64,000 nt of DNA from Myxococcales bacterium (GTDB lineage Bacteria > Myxococcota_A > Polyangia > Polyangiales > DASUME01): positions 7,712,001-7,776,000 of the forward strand of contig JASGJH010000001.1 in the NCBI GenBank assembly GCA_047601445.1. The letters run 5' to 3'. The first letter of the stretch is position 1. Each line of letters starts with the position of its first letter. The translations under genes and the position numbers were made by a program. The notes beneath the pieces were generated by a model, which was not told where the DNA came from, ran no database searches, and saw nothing but the letters and a program-made list of their open reading frames with translations. Positions 35,613-45,552 of this stretch are shown piece by piece.

Positions 35613-38488
35613 TGTTCCAGGCGCAAACCGGTCGGCAGGGACTCGCCGAACACGCGGCCTCGGTCGGCCTCGCTCAGCTCGCCCCCCTCGCGAACTAGTC
35701 GCACCCAGGTTTCGTTGCCCTGCACACGGGCCAGTGCCGAGGCTGCACGCTCGCGCAGGGGGGGTGAAAGGTCCCGGGCCCGGTCGTGCGTGAGGCGCGC
35801 TAGCTGGGCCACCGCGAACGCGCTTTGTTCCACGCTGGCCAGGTCGAGACTCAGGGCTCGCTCCAGCCAGCGACTGGCCACGTCCGTGGGCACCGTGGTG
35901 TGGGCGCTGCCATGCAGAGGTGCGCGTGCCCCCAGGCGACCCACGCTCCACCAGATGGACCCAACGGAGATTTCACCCTTGCCCAGGCGGGCCAGGAGCC
36001 AATCGCCCACCTGTACTTTTCGAGCCGCAGGCACACGCTCGAGCGCACCCGCGAGGCGCACCATGTCCTCGAGGCCGAGGGCACGCGGACCCTTGGGGCG
36101 GGGCTTCGGGCGGGGGCCCTGGGGCTCCAGGTAGTACGCGAGGTCGTCGAGCAAACGCAGCTGTTGCTCGTCCGCGAGGCCGCCCGCGATGCGCCGCCAC
36201 ATGACCCACCATTGGCTCCAGATCTGGGGATCGGGCGAGAACTGCAGTCCTTCGCCATAGAGCGCCCAGAGCTGTTCGACCCGGAAATCGTCCAGCGGAT
36301 AGCCGTAGCCGGGCCGCAGGGTGTACCCCGTGAGGTTGAGCCACAAACGTTCGTGATCGGCCGAACGCCGCCGCCGCTTGGCTCCGGCCAACAGGGCTCC
36401 GAAGAGCTCACGCAGGAGGGCCGTATCCCAGCCGTCGCGCTCGCCGAGGATGCGCTCGAGGTCGTTGCGCAGGGTCTTGATCTTTTTGCCCTCGAGCTCC
36501 TTGTTGGACTTGCCGAAGTAGCTCTGGATCAGGGCCGTCGCCTGGGCGAAACGCGGGTGCAGTTGAGTGACTCGCTGCACGGCAGGGCGCTCGCTCAGGC
36601 GGCCCTCGGGCGCGTAGGAGTCGCGCGAGGCTTCGCGCAGGGCGAACTCGAGCTTGTAGCGTCGATTGGGGTCGTCGACGGCCACCGAGCTCATTTCCAG
36701 CGTGCCCACTTCGGTGAGGCCCGTGTGCAGCTCCACGCGTAGCTCGTTGCTGTCGCCGGGCTTGGCCTCCAGCACCGCGGCGATTTCGGGCAACTCATGG
36801 AAGCTGTCATCGAGGCGCACCAGCTCGCCTGGACGATGGGTGCTGTCCGCGGTGCTGGTGAAGAGGCGAAAGCGCACGGGCTGACCCACGCGCAGCAAGA
36901 ACGTGCGGCCCTTGAGCGTGAGCTCTTCGCCCTCTTCCGCACCGCGCGGCAACACGCAGAGTCCCGTGCCGCCCTCGGCTCCACCCTCGACCAGCAAGTA
37001 GTAGCTGCGCGGTGAGCCGCCGCCGATGCGTAGCCCGACGCCGCGACGGGCGAGACCGTAGGCGACGGCTCCGCGCGCCACCGCCAATTCGGGCTCGCGG
37101 TTGTCGAGCTCCGTGAGCGGGGCGCCGCGCAGCCCGGCGAGCACCTGCGCCAGGCGCTCCTTGAGGCTCGTCGCGCGGAACACGCCGCCGTTGAACAGCA
37201 CTGCGTCCGGCATCACGCGTGCGGGCTCGGCTTGGGCCTCCTCGAGCGAGACACCGAGCGCTTCGGCGGCCACCGCGCGGTGGCGCTCGAGGAACGCGGC
37301 GATGTGCCGCGTGATGCCCGGATCGGCCACGAAGGGCAGGCCGAACTCCACCAGGCCCGTGCGACGCAGCTCGGGCCGGTCGCCGCCCTGCACGCGCGGA
37401 AAGAAGCCGTCGACGATGAGCTCGGCCACGCGTTCGCGCGTGAGGCTGGTGGACTTGGTGCCGCCGATCAGTTTGGAGCCACTGCCGAGCACGCTGAGCG
37501 TGGCCTGAGCCGGAGCCTGCTCGCTGAGCAAGAGCTCCTTGGCCGCGCGGCTCTGCTCCACCAGCTGGGTAAAGCGTGCTGGCGGAAGGCGCCCGTCGGC
37601 GCCCGCGAGGCCCGCTTCGCTGACGCGTGCCAGCGTGAGGTCCATGTTGTCGCCGCCGAGCATCAGGTGGTCGCCCACCGCGATGCGCGTGAGGCGCGGG
37701 CCGCTCTCGCGCAGCTCCACGTGAATGAGCGTGAGATCCGTGGTGCCGCCGCCGACGTCGACCACGAGCGCCAGACGCACGCCCTGCGCCGCCAGGTCTT
37801 CGGCCAGCGTGTCGCGATGGCGGTCGAGCCAGTCGTAGAACGCCGCCTGAGGTTCCTCCAGCAAGCGCAGCTTGGGCAGACCTGCGCGCTGGGCCGCTTC
37901 GAGCGTGAGCGCGCGCGCGGCCTCGTCGAACGAAGCGGGCACCGTCAGTACCACTTCCTGGGCCGACAAGGGATGCTTGGGGTGTGCGTCGTCCCAGCTC
38001 TTGCGCACGTGGGCCAAATAGCTCGCGCTGGCGTCGATAGGGGACACCTTGGCGACCCCCTCGGCGGCGCCCCACGGTAAGATGGCCGCGCGTCGATCGA
38101 CCGCTGCGTGACACAGCCAGCTCTTGGCGCTCGCCACCAGGCGTCCCGGGACTTTGCTGCCCAGGTTCTGCGCCAGCCGACCCACCACACCGGCGGGCAG
38201 TCGCGACAGAGCAGCTGAGCCCGCTGCTTGCTCGCGCGCGAGATCCTCGGCGCTCAGTTCGCCCTCCGCGGCGTGGTAGCGGAACGAGGGCAAGAGCGGC
38301 TCGGCCGCCACTTCGCCGGGCGCCACCAGCTGCGGCACATGGAAGACCTCGATTCGCGGCCTGGTCTGTTCGGTGGCTTCGCCCCCTGGTGCGTCATGGG
38401 CCCGCAGGGTGTCCACCACGCCGACGACGGTATGGGTGGTTCCGAGATCGATGCCTACGATGTAACGCGCGCGCTTTTCACTGCTCAT
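35609..38488 (-). CDS. Hsp70-like protein with C-terminal DUF3731-type domain
   Basis: GIDLGTT, SAKSWL, LTVPASFD, EEPQAA, VDVGGGTTD, LGGDNMD; C-terminal RRRSADHERLWLNLTGYTLRPGYG..FGESLPTGL. Confidence 0.88.
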   Translation of the reverse strand: MSSEKRARYIVGIDLGTTHTVVGVVDTLRAHDAPGGEATEQTRPRIEVFHVPQLVAPGEVAAEPLLPSFRYHAAEGELSAEDLAREQAAGSAALSRLPAGVVGRLAQNLGSKVPGRLVASAKSWLCHAAVDRRAAILPWGAAEGVAKVSPIDASASYLAHVRKSWDDAHPKHPLSAQEVVLTVPASFDEAARALTLEAAQRAGLPKLRLLEEPQAAFYDWLDRHRDTLAEDLAAQGVRLALVVDVGGGTTDLTLIHVELRESGPRLTRIAVGDHLMLGGDNMDLTLARVSEAGLAGADGRLPPARFTQLVEQSRAAKELLLSEQAPAQATLSVLGSGSKLIGGTKSTSLTRERVAELIVDGFFPRVQGGDRPELRRTGLVEFGLPFVADPGITRHIAAFLERHRAVAAEALGVSLEEAQAEPARVMPDAVLFNGGVFRATSLKERLAQVLAGLRGAPLTELDNREPELAVARGAVAYGLARRGVGLRIGGGSPRSYYLLVEGGAEGGTGLCVLPRGAEEGEELTLKGRTFLLRVGQPVRFRLFTSTADSTHRPGELVRLDDSFHELPEIAAVLEAKPGDSNELRVELHTGLTEVGTLEMSSVAVDDPNRRYKLEFALREASRDSYAPEGRLSERPAVQRVTQLHPRFAQATALIQSYFGKSNKELEGKKIKTLRNDLERILGERDGWDTALLRELFGALLAGAKRRRRSADHERLWLNLTGYTLRPGYGYPLDDFRVEQLWALYGEGLQFSPDPQIWSQWWVMWRRIAGGLADEQQLRLLDDLAYYLEPQGPRPKPRPKGPRALGLEDMVRLAGALERVPAARKVQVGDWLLARLGKGEISVGSIWWSVGRLGARAPLHGSAHTTVPTDVASRWLERALSLDLASVEQSAFAVAQLARLTHDRARDLSPPLRERAASALARVQGNETWVRLVREGGELSEADRGRVFGESLPTGLRLEQ

Positions 38489-40302
38489 GATGTGGCTCGG
38501 GTATCGAGCTCCACTTTCCAGCGTGCCTGGCCGCTGCGCGAGACGGCCTGGAGTTCCAAGGTGCCGACTTCGCTGATGCCTGCCTGCAGCTGCACCGTGA
38601 CGACCTCTCCCGGCGTGTGTCCATCGGCCGGCAGCATGGCCTCGACTTCCGGCAGCTCGACGAGCTCTTCGCCGCTCCAGCGGTCGAGCAGGTCGCCCGC
38701 GCGGTCATCGCGTCGCACCGAAGAGCCGAAGAAGCGAAAGCGCACCGGCTCGCCCACGACCAGGCCGAACTCGGCGCTCGGCATCTCTGCCTGCGTGCCT
38801 TCTTCGAGCCCGAACGGTGCCACGCACAGAGCCGAGAGTGGTGGCGGCATGCCCGGCACGGCTGGCATCGCGCTCTCCACGCCGACGTAGTAGGCCTGCG
38901 CGCTGCCGCCGCGGATACGGATGCCCTGACCCGCGCGCACGTACCCGTAGTAAGCCGCGCCGCGCGCCACCGCGAGGTCGAGGTCCGCGCCCGACAGCAC
39001 GCGTACCTCGGGCGCGCCGCTGCTGGCGAGCCAGCGGTCGAGCACCTTCACCACCCGTGCTTGCAACAGGGGCGACTTGAACACGCCGCCGTTGAACAAG
39101 AGGGCCGTGGGCTGCGCGAAGCCGTGATCGTTCTGGCCCAGCGCGTTCGCCTGGCGCGCCAGGAACGCTGCCAGGTGACGCGTGATGCCGGCGTCTTGAG
39201 CATAGGGAAGGCCGAGCTGCGTAAGCGCGCCGCGGGCGCGGCTCTGCGGGCGCGCCGAGGCCTCTACTTCGGGAAAGAAGCCCTCGAGCAGGATGCGCGT
39301 GAGGTCATCGCGCGTGAGCTCGCACTTGAGGGAGCCGCCGATCAGCTTGGAGCCGCGCCCCGGGATGACCACGGGGGCCGAGGTCTCGTCCGCGAACGTC
39401 AGCAGGCGCTCCTTGGCCGCGCGCGCCGCCTGCGTGAGCGTGGCTAGCTGGACCGGATCGAGCGAGTGTCCCTCCTGCTCGAGCACCACCTTGAGGTGAT
39501 ACGCGAGGGCCAGATCCATGTTGTCGCCACCGAGCAGAATATGCTCGCCCACCGCCAGGCGCTCGAGCGCCAGCTCCCCGTCCTGCTCGCGCACGGCGAT
39601 CAGGGAAAAGTCGCTGGTGCCGCCGCCCACGTCGACCACCAGGATCACGTCGCCGACCCGTACCTGCTCGCGCCAGGCGCCTTCGGTATTCGAGAGCCAG
39701 CTGTAGAGCGCCGCCTGGGGCTCTTCCAGCAGCACCGCGTGCCCGAGGCCCGCCCTGCGCGCCGCCTCCGCGGTCAGCTCGCGAGCCGAGGGATCGAACG
39801 AGGCTGGCACCGTGATGGTGAGGGCTTGCTCGGACAGCGGCGCGTCCGGGTTCTCCGCGTCCCAGGCGTTGCGCAGGTGCTCGAGGTAGTGCGTGCTGGC
39901 ATCGAGCGGCGAGAGCTTGGGAATTTCGGCCGCCGAGCCGGGCGGCAGAATGGCCGCGTGACGATCCACGGCCGCGTGACCAAGCCAGCTCTTGGCGCTC
40001 GACACGAGTCGCGCCGCGCTCTTGGTGCCGAGCGCGCGCGCCGCTTCGCCGACCACGAAGCCCGACGGGAAACCTGTCCAGGGCAAGGTCAGTGCGTCCG
40101 GCGCCAGCTCGCTCGGGTGTGGCAGATAGAGGAAAGACGGCAGCAGGGCTTGGCGCTCCACTTGCCCTGGCGCCACCACCTGCGCAATGCCCAGGCCGCT
40201 CTGCGCCACCTGCTCGCCCTCCGAGAGCTCGAGATCGATGCTCGAGAGCGCGCAGTGCGTGGTGCCCAGGTCGATGCCTACCGAATGCACGGGCGCACTC
40301 AC
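38485..40302 (-). CDS. Hsp70-like protein (paralog without the C-terminal extension)
   Basis: GIDLGTT, SAKSWL, TVPASFD, EEPQAA, VDVGGGTSD, DLAVARGAAYYG; GTG start overlaps the DUF2760 stop. Confidence 0.88.
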   Translation of the reverse strand: MSAPVHSVGIDLGTTHCALSSIDLELSEGEQVAQSGLGIAQVVAPGQVERQALLPSFLYLPHPSELAPDALTLPWTGFPSGFVVGEAARALGTKSAARLVSSAKSWLGHAAVDRHAAILPPGSAAEIPKLSPLDASTHYLEHLRNAWDAENPDAPLSEQALTITVPASFDPSARELTAEAARRAGLGHAVLLEEPQAALYSWLSNTEGAWREQVRVGDVILVVDVGGGTSDFSLIAVREQDGELALERLAVGEHILLGGDNMDLALAYHLKVVLEQEGHSLDPVQLATLTQAARAAKERLLTFADETSAPVVIPGRGSKLIGGSLKCELTRDDLTRILLEGFFPEVEASARPQSRARGALTQLGLPYAQDAGITRHLAAFLARQANALGQNDHGFAQPTALLFNGGVFKSPLLQARVVKVLDRWLASSGAPEVRVLSGADLDLAVARGAAYYGYVRAGQGIRIRGGSAQAYYVGVESAMPAVPGMPPPLSALCVAPFGLEEGTQAEMPSAEFGLVVGEPVRFRFFGSSVRRDDRAGDLLDRWSGEELVELPEVEAMLPADGHTPGEVVTVQLQAGISEVGTLELQAVSRSGQARWKVELDTRATS

Positions 40303-40862
40303 AGCTCCACCTCCGCCGGGGCCAGCACTTTGAGGTCCGCGCCGTCGCTCAGCTGGGGGAGCTCGATGCGCTTCACGCGCCATCCCGCGTGGGTCAGCGT
40401 GCCCTGAAAGGGGGCCTCGCCCACCACGTTCCCGGTCAGGCGCACCTCGTTGGCGGAGAAGCCCTTGGGCACGCTCACCCGCGAGCCCTCGTTCTCACCG
40501 CGTACGCGCTCGAGCTCCAGGTGGTTCTTGAGCGCCTTGCGGACACTCTCGTGCACCACGCGTGCAGCGGCCCCGATCTCGGCGTCCGAGAAATTCGCGA
40601 CGTCTTCCTGCACGAAGTCGATCAAGCGACCCTCGCGCTGCAGGAGCCCCAGCAGCTGGAGCGCGCTGTCGGTGGGCGCCGAGCGCAACTTGGGCGCCTC
40701 GGGCTTGGGGGCGGCGACGGGAGTCGCGGGCGCTTGCGGCGCCGTCTCGCCGCTGCCGAGACGGGCCACCCGACCGGCGAAGGGCGCGTTGAACAGCACG
40801 CGGAAAAAGGCGGCGAAAGCCAGGCCGATGCGTGCGAAGAACGAGGGATCAGAGACGGTCAC
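40299..40862 (-). CDS. DUF2760-family protein
   Basis: ALQLLGLLQREGRLIDF, SDAEIGAAARVVH, RLTGNV.G.PF.G.L.H.GW, PAEVEL. Confidence 0.88.
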   Translation of the reverse strand: MTVSDPSFFARIGLAFAAFFRVLFNAPFAGRVARLGSGETAPQAPATPVAAPKPEAPKLRSAPTDSALQLLGLLQREGRLIDFVQEDVANFSDAEIGAAARVVHESVRKALKNHLELERVRGENEGSRVSVPKGFSANEVRLTGNVVGEAPFQGTLTHAGWRVKRIELPQLSDGADLKVLAPAEVEL

Positions 40863-41004
40863 GGGGCACCTTTCGCGAGCTCCCGCGGACGGGGGCTGGT
40901 CGAGCAGCCTCGAATTAGCACTCCGGGACCGCTTGGGGTGCCCGGGAGTGACAAAGGCGGCCGCGGGCCCGCGCGCCGGGGCGGGCCTGTGCTAGCAGAG
41001 GAGG

Positions 41005-41805
41005 GTGGGCAAGAAGAAGAAGCCGAGGGGCCCGCTGCCTCCCCCGTTCGGGAGCAGCATCGAGGACGCAGAGGAAGCCGAGCCCAAGCCGGTTCTGCCG
41101 CGTGCACCGGAGCGTCTCGCCTCGCCTTTCAAGCAAGCGCTGTCGGGTCTGAAGAAGGAACTCGACGAGCGCGCCAAGGCGGCACAAACCAAGCCCAAGG
41201 CACCCGTACCCCCACCCGTGGCACGGCCCATCAAGCGCGACAAGACGCTGCCCGAGGACGACGCCATGGCCCTGAGCCTCGCCATGCAGGGGGTCAAGCG
41301 ACTCGATGACAAGCAGGCCGGACGGGTCTCGGCCAACGCGCCCAAGTTCGCCAGTCGCACGGCCCAGGTGGTGCCGTTTGGGGAGAGCGCGGAGGATCAG
41401 GCCCGCGCCCGCCTGCAGGCCCTGGTGGCGCAGGACGTTCGCTTTCGCATCGAAGGCGACCGTGACTTCGTGAGCGGGTCACGCATCGACGCCGACGCGC
41501 GCGTGGTGCGTGAGCTGCGCCGGCGTACGCGCGCGGCGGAGACCCTCGACCTGCACGGCATGAATCAGCGCGAGAGTCGCGAGGCCGTGGTCAGCTTCAT
41601 CCGTCGCTGCCACACCAAGGGCATCGACATCGTATGCATCGTTCACGGCAAGGGCCAGCACAGCGAGGCGGGACTCGGTGTGCTGCGAGACACCGCGGTA
41701 AAGGCGCTTACGGAAACCGGTGCCGCTCCCCTGGTGCGAGCCTTCGTTACGGCGCCCGACGTGCTCGGCGGAGCCGGCGCGCTCTTGGTCGAGCTCAAGC
41801 GCTGA
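41005..41805 (+). CDS. Smr-domain protein
   Basis: LDLHGM, IVHGKG.HS, AFVTAP..GGAGALLV. Confidence 0.88.
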   Translation: MGKKKKPRGPLPPPFGSSIEDAEEAEPKPVLPRAPERLASPFKQALSGLKKELDERAKAAQTKPKAPVPPPVARPIKRDKTLPEDDAMALSLAMQGVKRLDDKQAGRVSANAPKFASRTAQVVPFGESAEDQARARLQALVAQDVRFRIEGDRDFVSGSRIDADARVVRELRRRTRAAETLDLHGMNQRESREAVVSFIRRCHTKGIDIVCIVHGKGQHSEAGLGVLRDTAVKALTETGAAPLVRAFVTAPDVLGGAGALLVELKR

Positions 41806-41864
41806 GCCTCACAGTCACCCCAGCGGTGTGAGCCATCCGGCACTGCTGACGGCCCTGCGAGACG

Positions 41865-42968
41865 TTGCGACCGATTCGTCTAGCCGGGCTCCTCTTCGCG
41901 CTCGTGTTGTTCAGCGCGCCCTGCGCTCTCGCCGATGGAGGTACGCCGGCGCCGCGCCTGCGGGAGCGCTTCGGCATGCGATTCAGCGCTTACCTCTCGC
42001 TGTTCGTGAGCAGCGATCAGACCGATCAACTCGGCTTCGATCGCTTCGGCTTGCTCGGCGACTTGAGCATGACCGTCAACCTGCTGCCCTGGCTCACCAC
42101 CGAGCTGGGCGGCACCGGCGGCAGCTTCCTCATCAAGAAGGGGGCCGAGTTCGTCACGTACCAGCTCCACGTCAAACCGAACGGCGGCCTGTTGGCGCCC
42201 ACGCTCGGCGTGCGCGTGCACGCACCCAATCGCCAGCTCTCGCCCTTCGTTGCCTTCAGCGCTGGGCCCGCGTTCACGGGCGAGCTCATCCGCCCGCTCC
42301 TGCAGGCGAGCTTCGGGCTCGACATCGCCGTGAGGCGTGGCGTGACCCTCGGGCCTTACTTCGGGTACGGTCGGGTGCTGCAGAAGAACGGTCCGGAGTA
42401 CACGACCGACGCCAGCTACTTCTCGGTGGGCATCACCATGGCCTATCGGCCTCTGCCCCCTCAGAAACCGCGCGTGGTGCGAACCCATTCCATCGAGCGC
42501 GTGGTGGAGCGCATCCACACCCACAGCGAGAGTCCGCCGCGTGAGCCCCCAGTCGATGACAAGGAGCTCGATCAGCTGCTCGATCAAGCGCTGCCCCCCG
42601 CGCGCACCGACCGCATGGAGCTGCTGGCGCCCGTGCTCTTCGCCTTCGACTCCGATCAGCTCGAGCCAGTGGGAGTCGCCATGCTCCACGAAGTCGCAAG
42701 CCTGCTCAAGCAGCGTCCCGACATCGAGCTCCTGGCCATTCTGGGCTTCGCTGACAAGCGTGGATCCAGCACTTACAACCTCGACCTCTCCACGCGGCGC
42801 GCCGAGCGTGTGCGCGCCTGGCTGATCGAACACGGCATCGAGGGACAGCGCCTCGAGGTTCAAACCCAGGGAGCCACGAACTTCGTCGAGGCCGGCGAGA
42901 GCGAGGCGGAGCACGAGCAGAACCGCCGCGTGATCTTCCGTGTGTTGCGCCTGAGGAGCTCTCCATGA
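41865..42968 (+). CDS. OmpA-family outer membrane protein
   Basis: Signal peptide, beta-strand-rich N-domain, VLFAFDSD, GFADKRG..YNLDLSTRRAERV, NRRV; start uncertain. Confidence 0.85.
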   Translation: MRPIRLAGLLFALVLFSAPCALADGGTPAPRLRERFGMRFSAYLSLFVSSDQTDQLGFDRFGLLGDLSMTVNLLPWLTTELGGTGGSFLIKKGAEFVTYQLHVKPNGGLLAPTLGVRVHAPNRQLSPFVAFSAGPAFTGELIRPLLQASFGLDIAVRRGVTLGPYFGYGRVLQKNGPEYTTDASYFSVGITMAYRPLPPQKPRVVRTHSIERVVERIHTHSESPPREPPVDDKELDQLLDQALPPARTDRMELLAPVLFAFDSDQLEPVGVAMLHEVASLLKQRPDIELLAILGFADKRGSSTYNLDLSTRRAERVRAWLIEHGIEGQRLEVQTQGATNFVEAGESEAEHEQNRRVIFRVLRLRSSP

Positions 42969-44089
42969 GTCTTACCCGAAGAGCACGCGCCCTGTGCGTC
43001 GCACTCGCGTTTGGCGCGCTGGGGGCGGATTGCCGCTTGGGCCGCCAGGTGGTGGACCAGCTGCCGACCAAAGAGATCCCGAGCTTTTGCGCGCCCAAGC
43101 CGTGCGAGCTCCCCTCTCCGCCCACCTTCGAGTTGCCCCAGTTCTTGGCGGCCACCTCGGTTTGCCCCGAGGATTCGTGCGCTCAAGTCGCGCCCGAGAG
43201 TGTGGTCGATGGGACTCAGCGGAACTCCGTACGGATCTCCTACGCCACACGAGATCCCATCGACGTCACACTCTCGGGCATCACGCTCTCCGACATGTCG
43301 CTCGAGCTGTCGGGGCCCGTGACCTTGCGCATCGTGGGCCAGAGCGTCCTGCTACGTACGCACATCACACTCACGCGCACGCCGGACGGTACGCCGCGTC
43401 TGTCGTTCGAGGAGTCCGAGCTGCACACGGTGACGATCGAAGATCAGGGCGCCAACGCCGGACTCGCTGCCGGCAGGGTCGAGCTCGTCCGCTGCACGCT
43501 CGACGCAATGCATGCCGCGGTGGAAGAACTCTCGCTGCACAGCTGTCAATCCAACGGCCTGAGCCTGAGGAACCTGTTCTTCGAGGCCGTGGACACCAAC
43601 ATCGCAAGCGCCGAGATGTCGTTCGAAGAGGCCTTCTTGGCTTCGGTCAAGGCAGTCAACGTACGGACTCGTGCGTGCGGCGACTTGACCACGGCCCTCA
43701 CCAGCTTCGTTGGCGACGCCTCGGAGATCGGGCCCTGTCAGAGCCTGCGTTTGCAGCGCAGCAGCGTGACTCATGGCCTTCTGGACGGCCCCGTGCACGG
43801 CGAGACCGCGATGGTAGAGAGCGTGCTGATCGGGAGCCGCGCGCCCACCAACCTGGACCTCTGGGAGGGCCTCGTGAATTCCAGTGTGTTCTGTGCGCAG
43901 GCGGGAGCGCTACGCATGGACAACAGCACCGCCGTGCGCTGCTCGAGTTGTGAAGGCGCGCCCGCTCTCTCCGCGTGCTTCCTCGCTGAGTTCCCCTCGC
44001 AGGACTTCGTGAATCCCTGTGAGCGGCTCCAGGCGCTCGAGCTCCTGTCGTGTCAGCCGCCATGGCCCATGGCCACCTATCCGAACTAG
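42965..44089 (+). CDS. Cys-rich exported protein / putative lipoprotein
   Basis: ATGA overlap with ompA; signal ending LGADC; Cys-rich termini with a beta-rich middle. Confidence 0.65.
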   Translation: MSLTRRARALCVALAFGALGADCRLGRQVVDQLPTKEIPSFCAPKPCELPSPPTFELPQFLAATSVCPEDSCAQVAPESVVDGTQRNSVRISYATRDPIDVTLSGITLSDMSLELSGPVTLRIVGQSVLLRTHITLTRTPDGTPRLSFEESELHTVTIEDQGANAGLAAGRVELVRCTLDAMHAAVEELSLHSCQSNGLSLRNLFFEAVDTNIASAEMSFEEAFLASVKAVNVRTRACGDLTTALTSFVGDASEIGPCQSLRLQRSSVTHGLLDGPVHGETAMVESVLIGSRAPTNLDLWEGLVNSSVFCAQAGALRMDNSTAVRCSSCEGAPALSACFLAEFPSQDFVNPCERLQALELLSCQPPWPMATYPN

Positions 44090-44100
44090 GGCACCGCGCC

Positions 44101-45552
44101 CTAGCTCGCGTCGACACGTTCGTGGGCCGCGAGCGGCGCCGCGATCTGCTCGAGCGAGCGCTGTTCGGCTGCCACCGCGAGCTTGAAGGCCACCAGCGCT
44201 GCGGTGAGCATCAAGCCCGCTCCGAGCCCGTAGCCCAAGAACACCTCCGAACGACTGCCGCGATCGATCAAGAAGCCGAATAGCGCCGGCGCCGCGAGAC
44301 CGCCCATGGCCGTGCCGATGGAGTAGAACAGCGCGATCGCGCGTGCCCTGATCTCGAGCGGGAACAGCTCGCTCACCGTGAGGTAGGCCGAGCTCGCGGC
44401 TGCGGAGCCGAAGAAGAACACCACCGCCCAGGCCACCGTCTGCGTGGTCGCGTTCAACAGCCCTGCCTTGAACAGCCAGCCCGTCAGCAAAAGCAAGATG
44501 CCTGATGCCGCGTAGGTCGTGACGATCAAGGGCCTGCGTCCCACCGTGTCGAACATGCGTCCGAGCAGCAAAGGGCCCGTGAAGTTGGCGAGCGCGAACA
44601 CGATCAGCGAGTAGCCCACGTGCTCGGCCTCCACGCCGAAGAAGCGCGTCAGGATCAACGCGTAGGTAAAGAAGATGGCGTTGTAGAAGAAGGCCTGCGC
44701 CACCATCAACGTGAGCCCCAGCACCGCGCGCTCTCGGTAGCGCCCGAAGATCACGCGCAGCGCCTGCGCATAGCCCACCTTTTGACCCGGCCAGAGCGTG
44801 ATCCAGTGTTCCACCGGCGCCAGCTCGCCGCACGCCGCGCGTGCGCGCTCCTCGATGCCTTCCACCACCAGGCGGGCCTCGCTCTCTCTTCCGTGCAAGA
44901 TCAGCCAGCGCGGGCTCTCGGGCACGTAGTGGCGCACCAACGCGACCGCCACCGTGAGCACGGCGCCCGCGCCGAAGGCGAGACGCCAGCCCAGGGATTC
45001 TGGGACGATCTGCGGATCGAGCAGCACCACCGTGAGCACGGCGCCGAGCGCGGTGCCGAGCCAGTAGCTGCCGTTGATCGCGAGGTCCACGAAGCCGCGC
45101 ACGCGCGCCGGCAAGAGCTCGTCGATGGCCGAGTTGATGGCCGCGTACTCCCCACCGATGGCGGCCCCGGTGAGCAGCCGAAAACAAGCGAACGAATAGA
45201 AGTCCCACGACGCAGCCGTGAGGACGGTGGCGATCACGTACAGACCCAGCGTCACCAGGAACAGCCGCTTGCGTCCGAAGTGATCCGTGAGGTGTCCGAA
45301 CAGCAACGAGCCCGCGATGGCCCCGGTCAAATAGGCCGTGGCCGCGCCGCCGATCTGCGTGCTGGTCAGGCCCAGCGTGGTCGGTCGTTCGAGCACGCTG
45401 GCCACCGCGCTCACCATGGTGACCTCGAGCCCGTCGAGGACCCAGGTAATGCCCAGCGCGAGCACCACCAGCCAGTGGAAGCCGAACCACGGCAGGCGAT
45501 CGAGCCTGGTCGGCAGGTCCGTTTCGATGGCTGTGGCGCCCGCGCCAGTCAC
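44101..45552 (-). CDS. MFS transporter (sugar/aromatic-acid transporter-like)
   Basis: RLDRLPW, WVLDGLE, TDHFGRKRLF, GGEYAAINSAIDE, SELFPLEIRA. Confidence 0.9.
   Translation of the reverse strand: MTGAGATAIETDLPTRLDRLPWFGFHWLVVLALGITWVLDGLEVTMVSAVASVLERPTTLGLTSTQIGGAATAYLTGAIAGSLLFGHLTDHFGRKRLFLVTLGLYVIATVLTAASWDFYSFACFRLLTGAAIGGEYAAINSAIDELLPARVRGFVDLAINGSYWLGTALGAVLTVVLLDPQIVPESLGWRLAFGAGAVLTVAVALVRHYVPESPRWLILHGRESEARLVVEGIEERARAACGELAPVEHWITLWPGQKVGYAQALRVIFGRYRERAVLGLTLMVAQAFFYNAIFFTYALILTRFFGVEAEHVGYSLIVFALANFTGPLLLGRMFDTVGRRPLIVTTYAASGILLLLTGWLFKAGLLNATTQTVAWAVVFFFGSAAASSAYLTVSELFPLEIRARAIALFYSIGTAMGGLAAPALFGFLIDRGSRSEVFLGYGLGAGLMLTAALVAFKLAVAAEQRSLEQIAAPLAAHERVDAS

Noticed and set aside
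41865..44089. Calling the OmpA pair traA/traB
   Set aside because: No TSP3 repeats, EGF-like repeat array or MYXO-CTERM visible, and gene order differs
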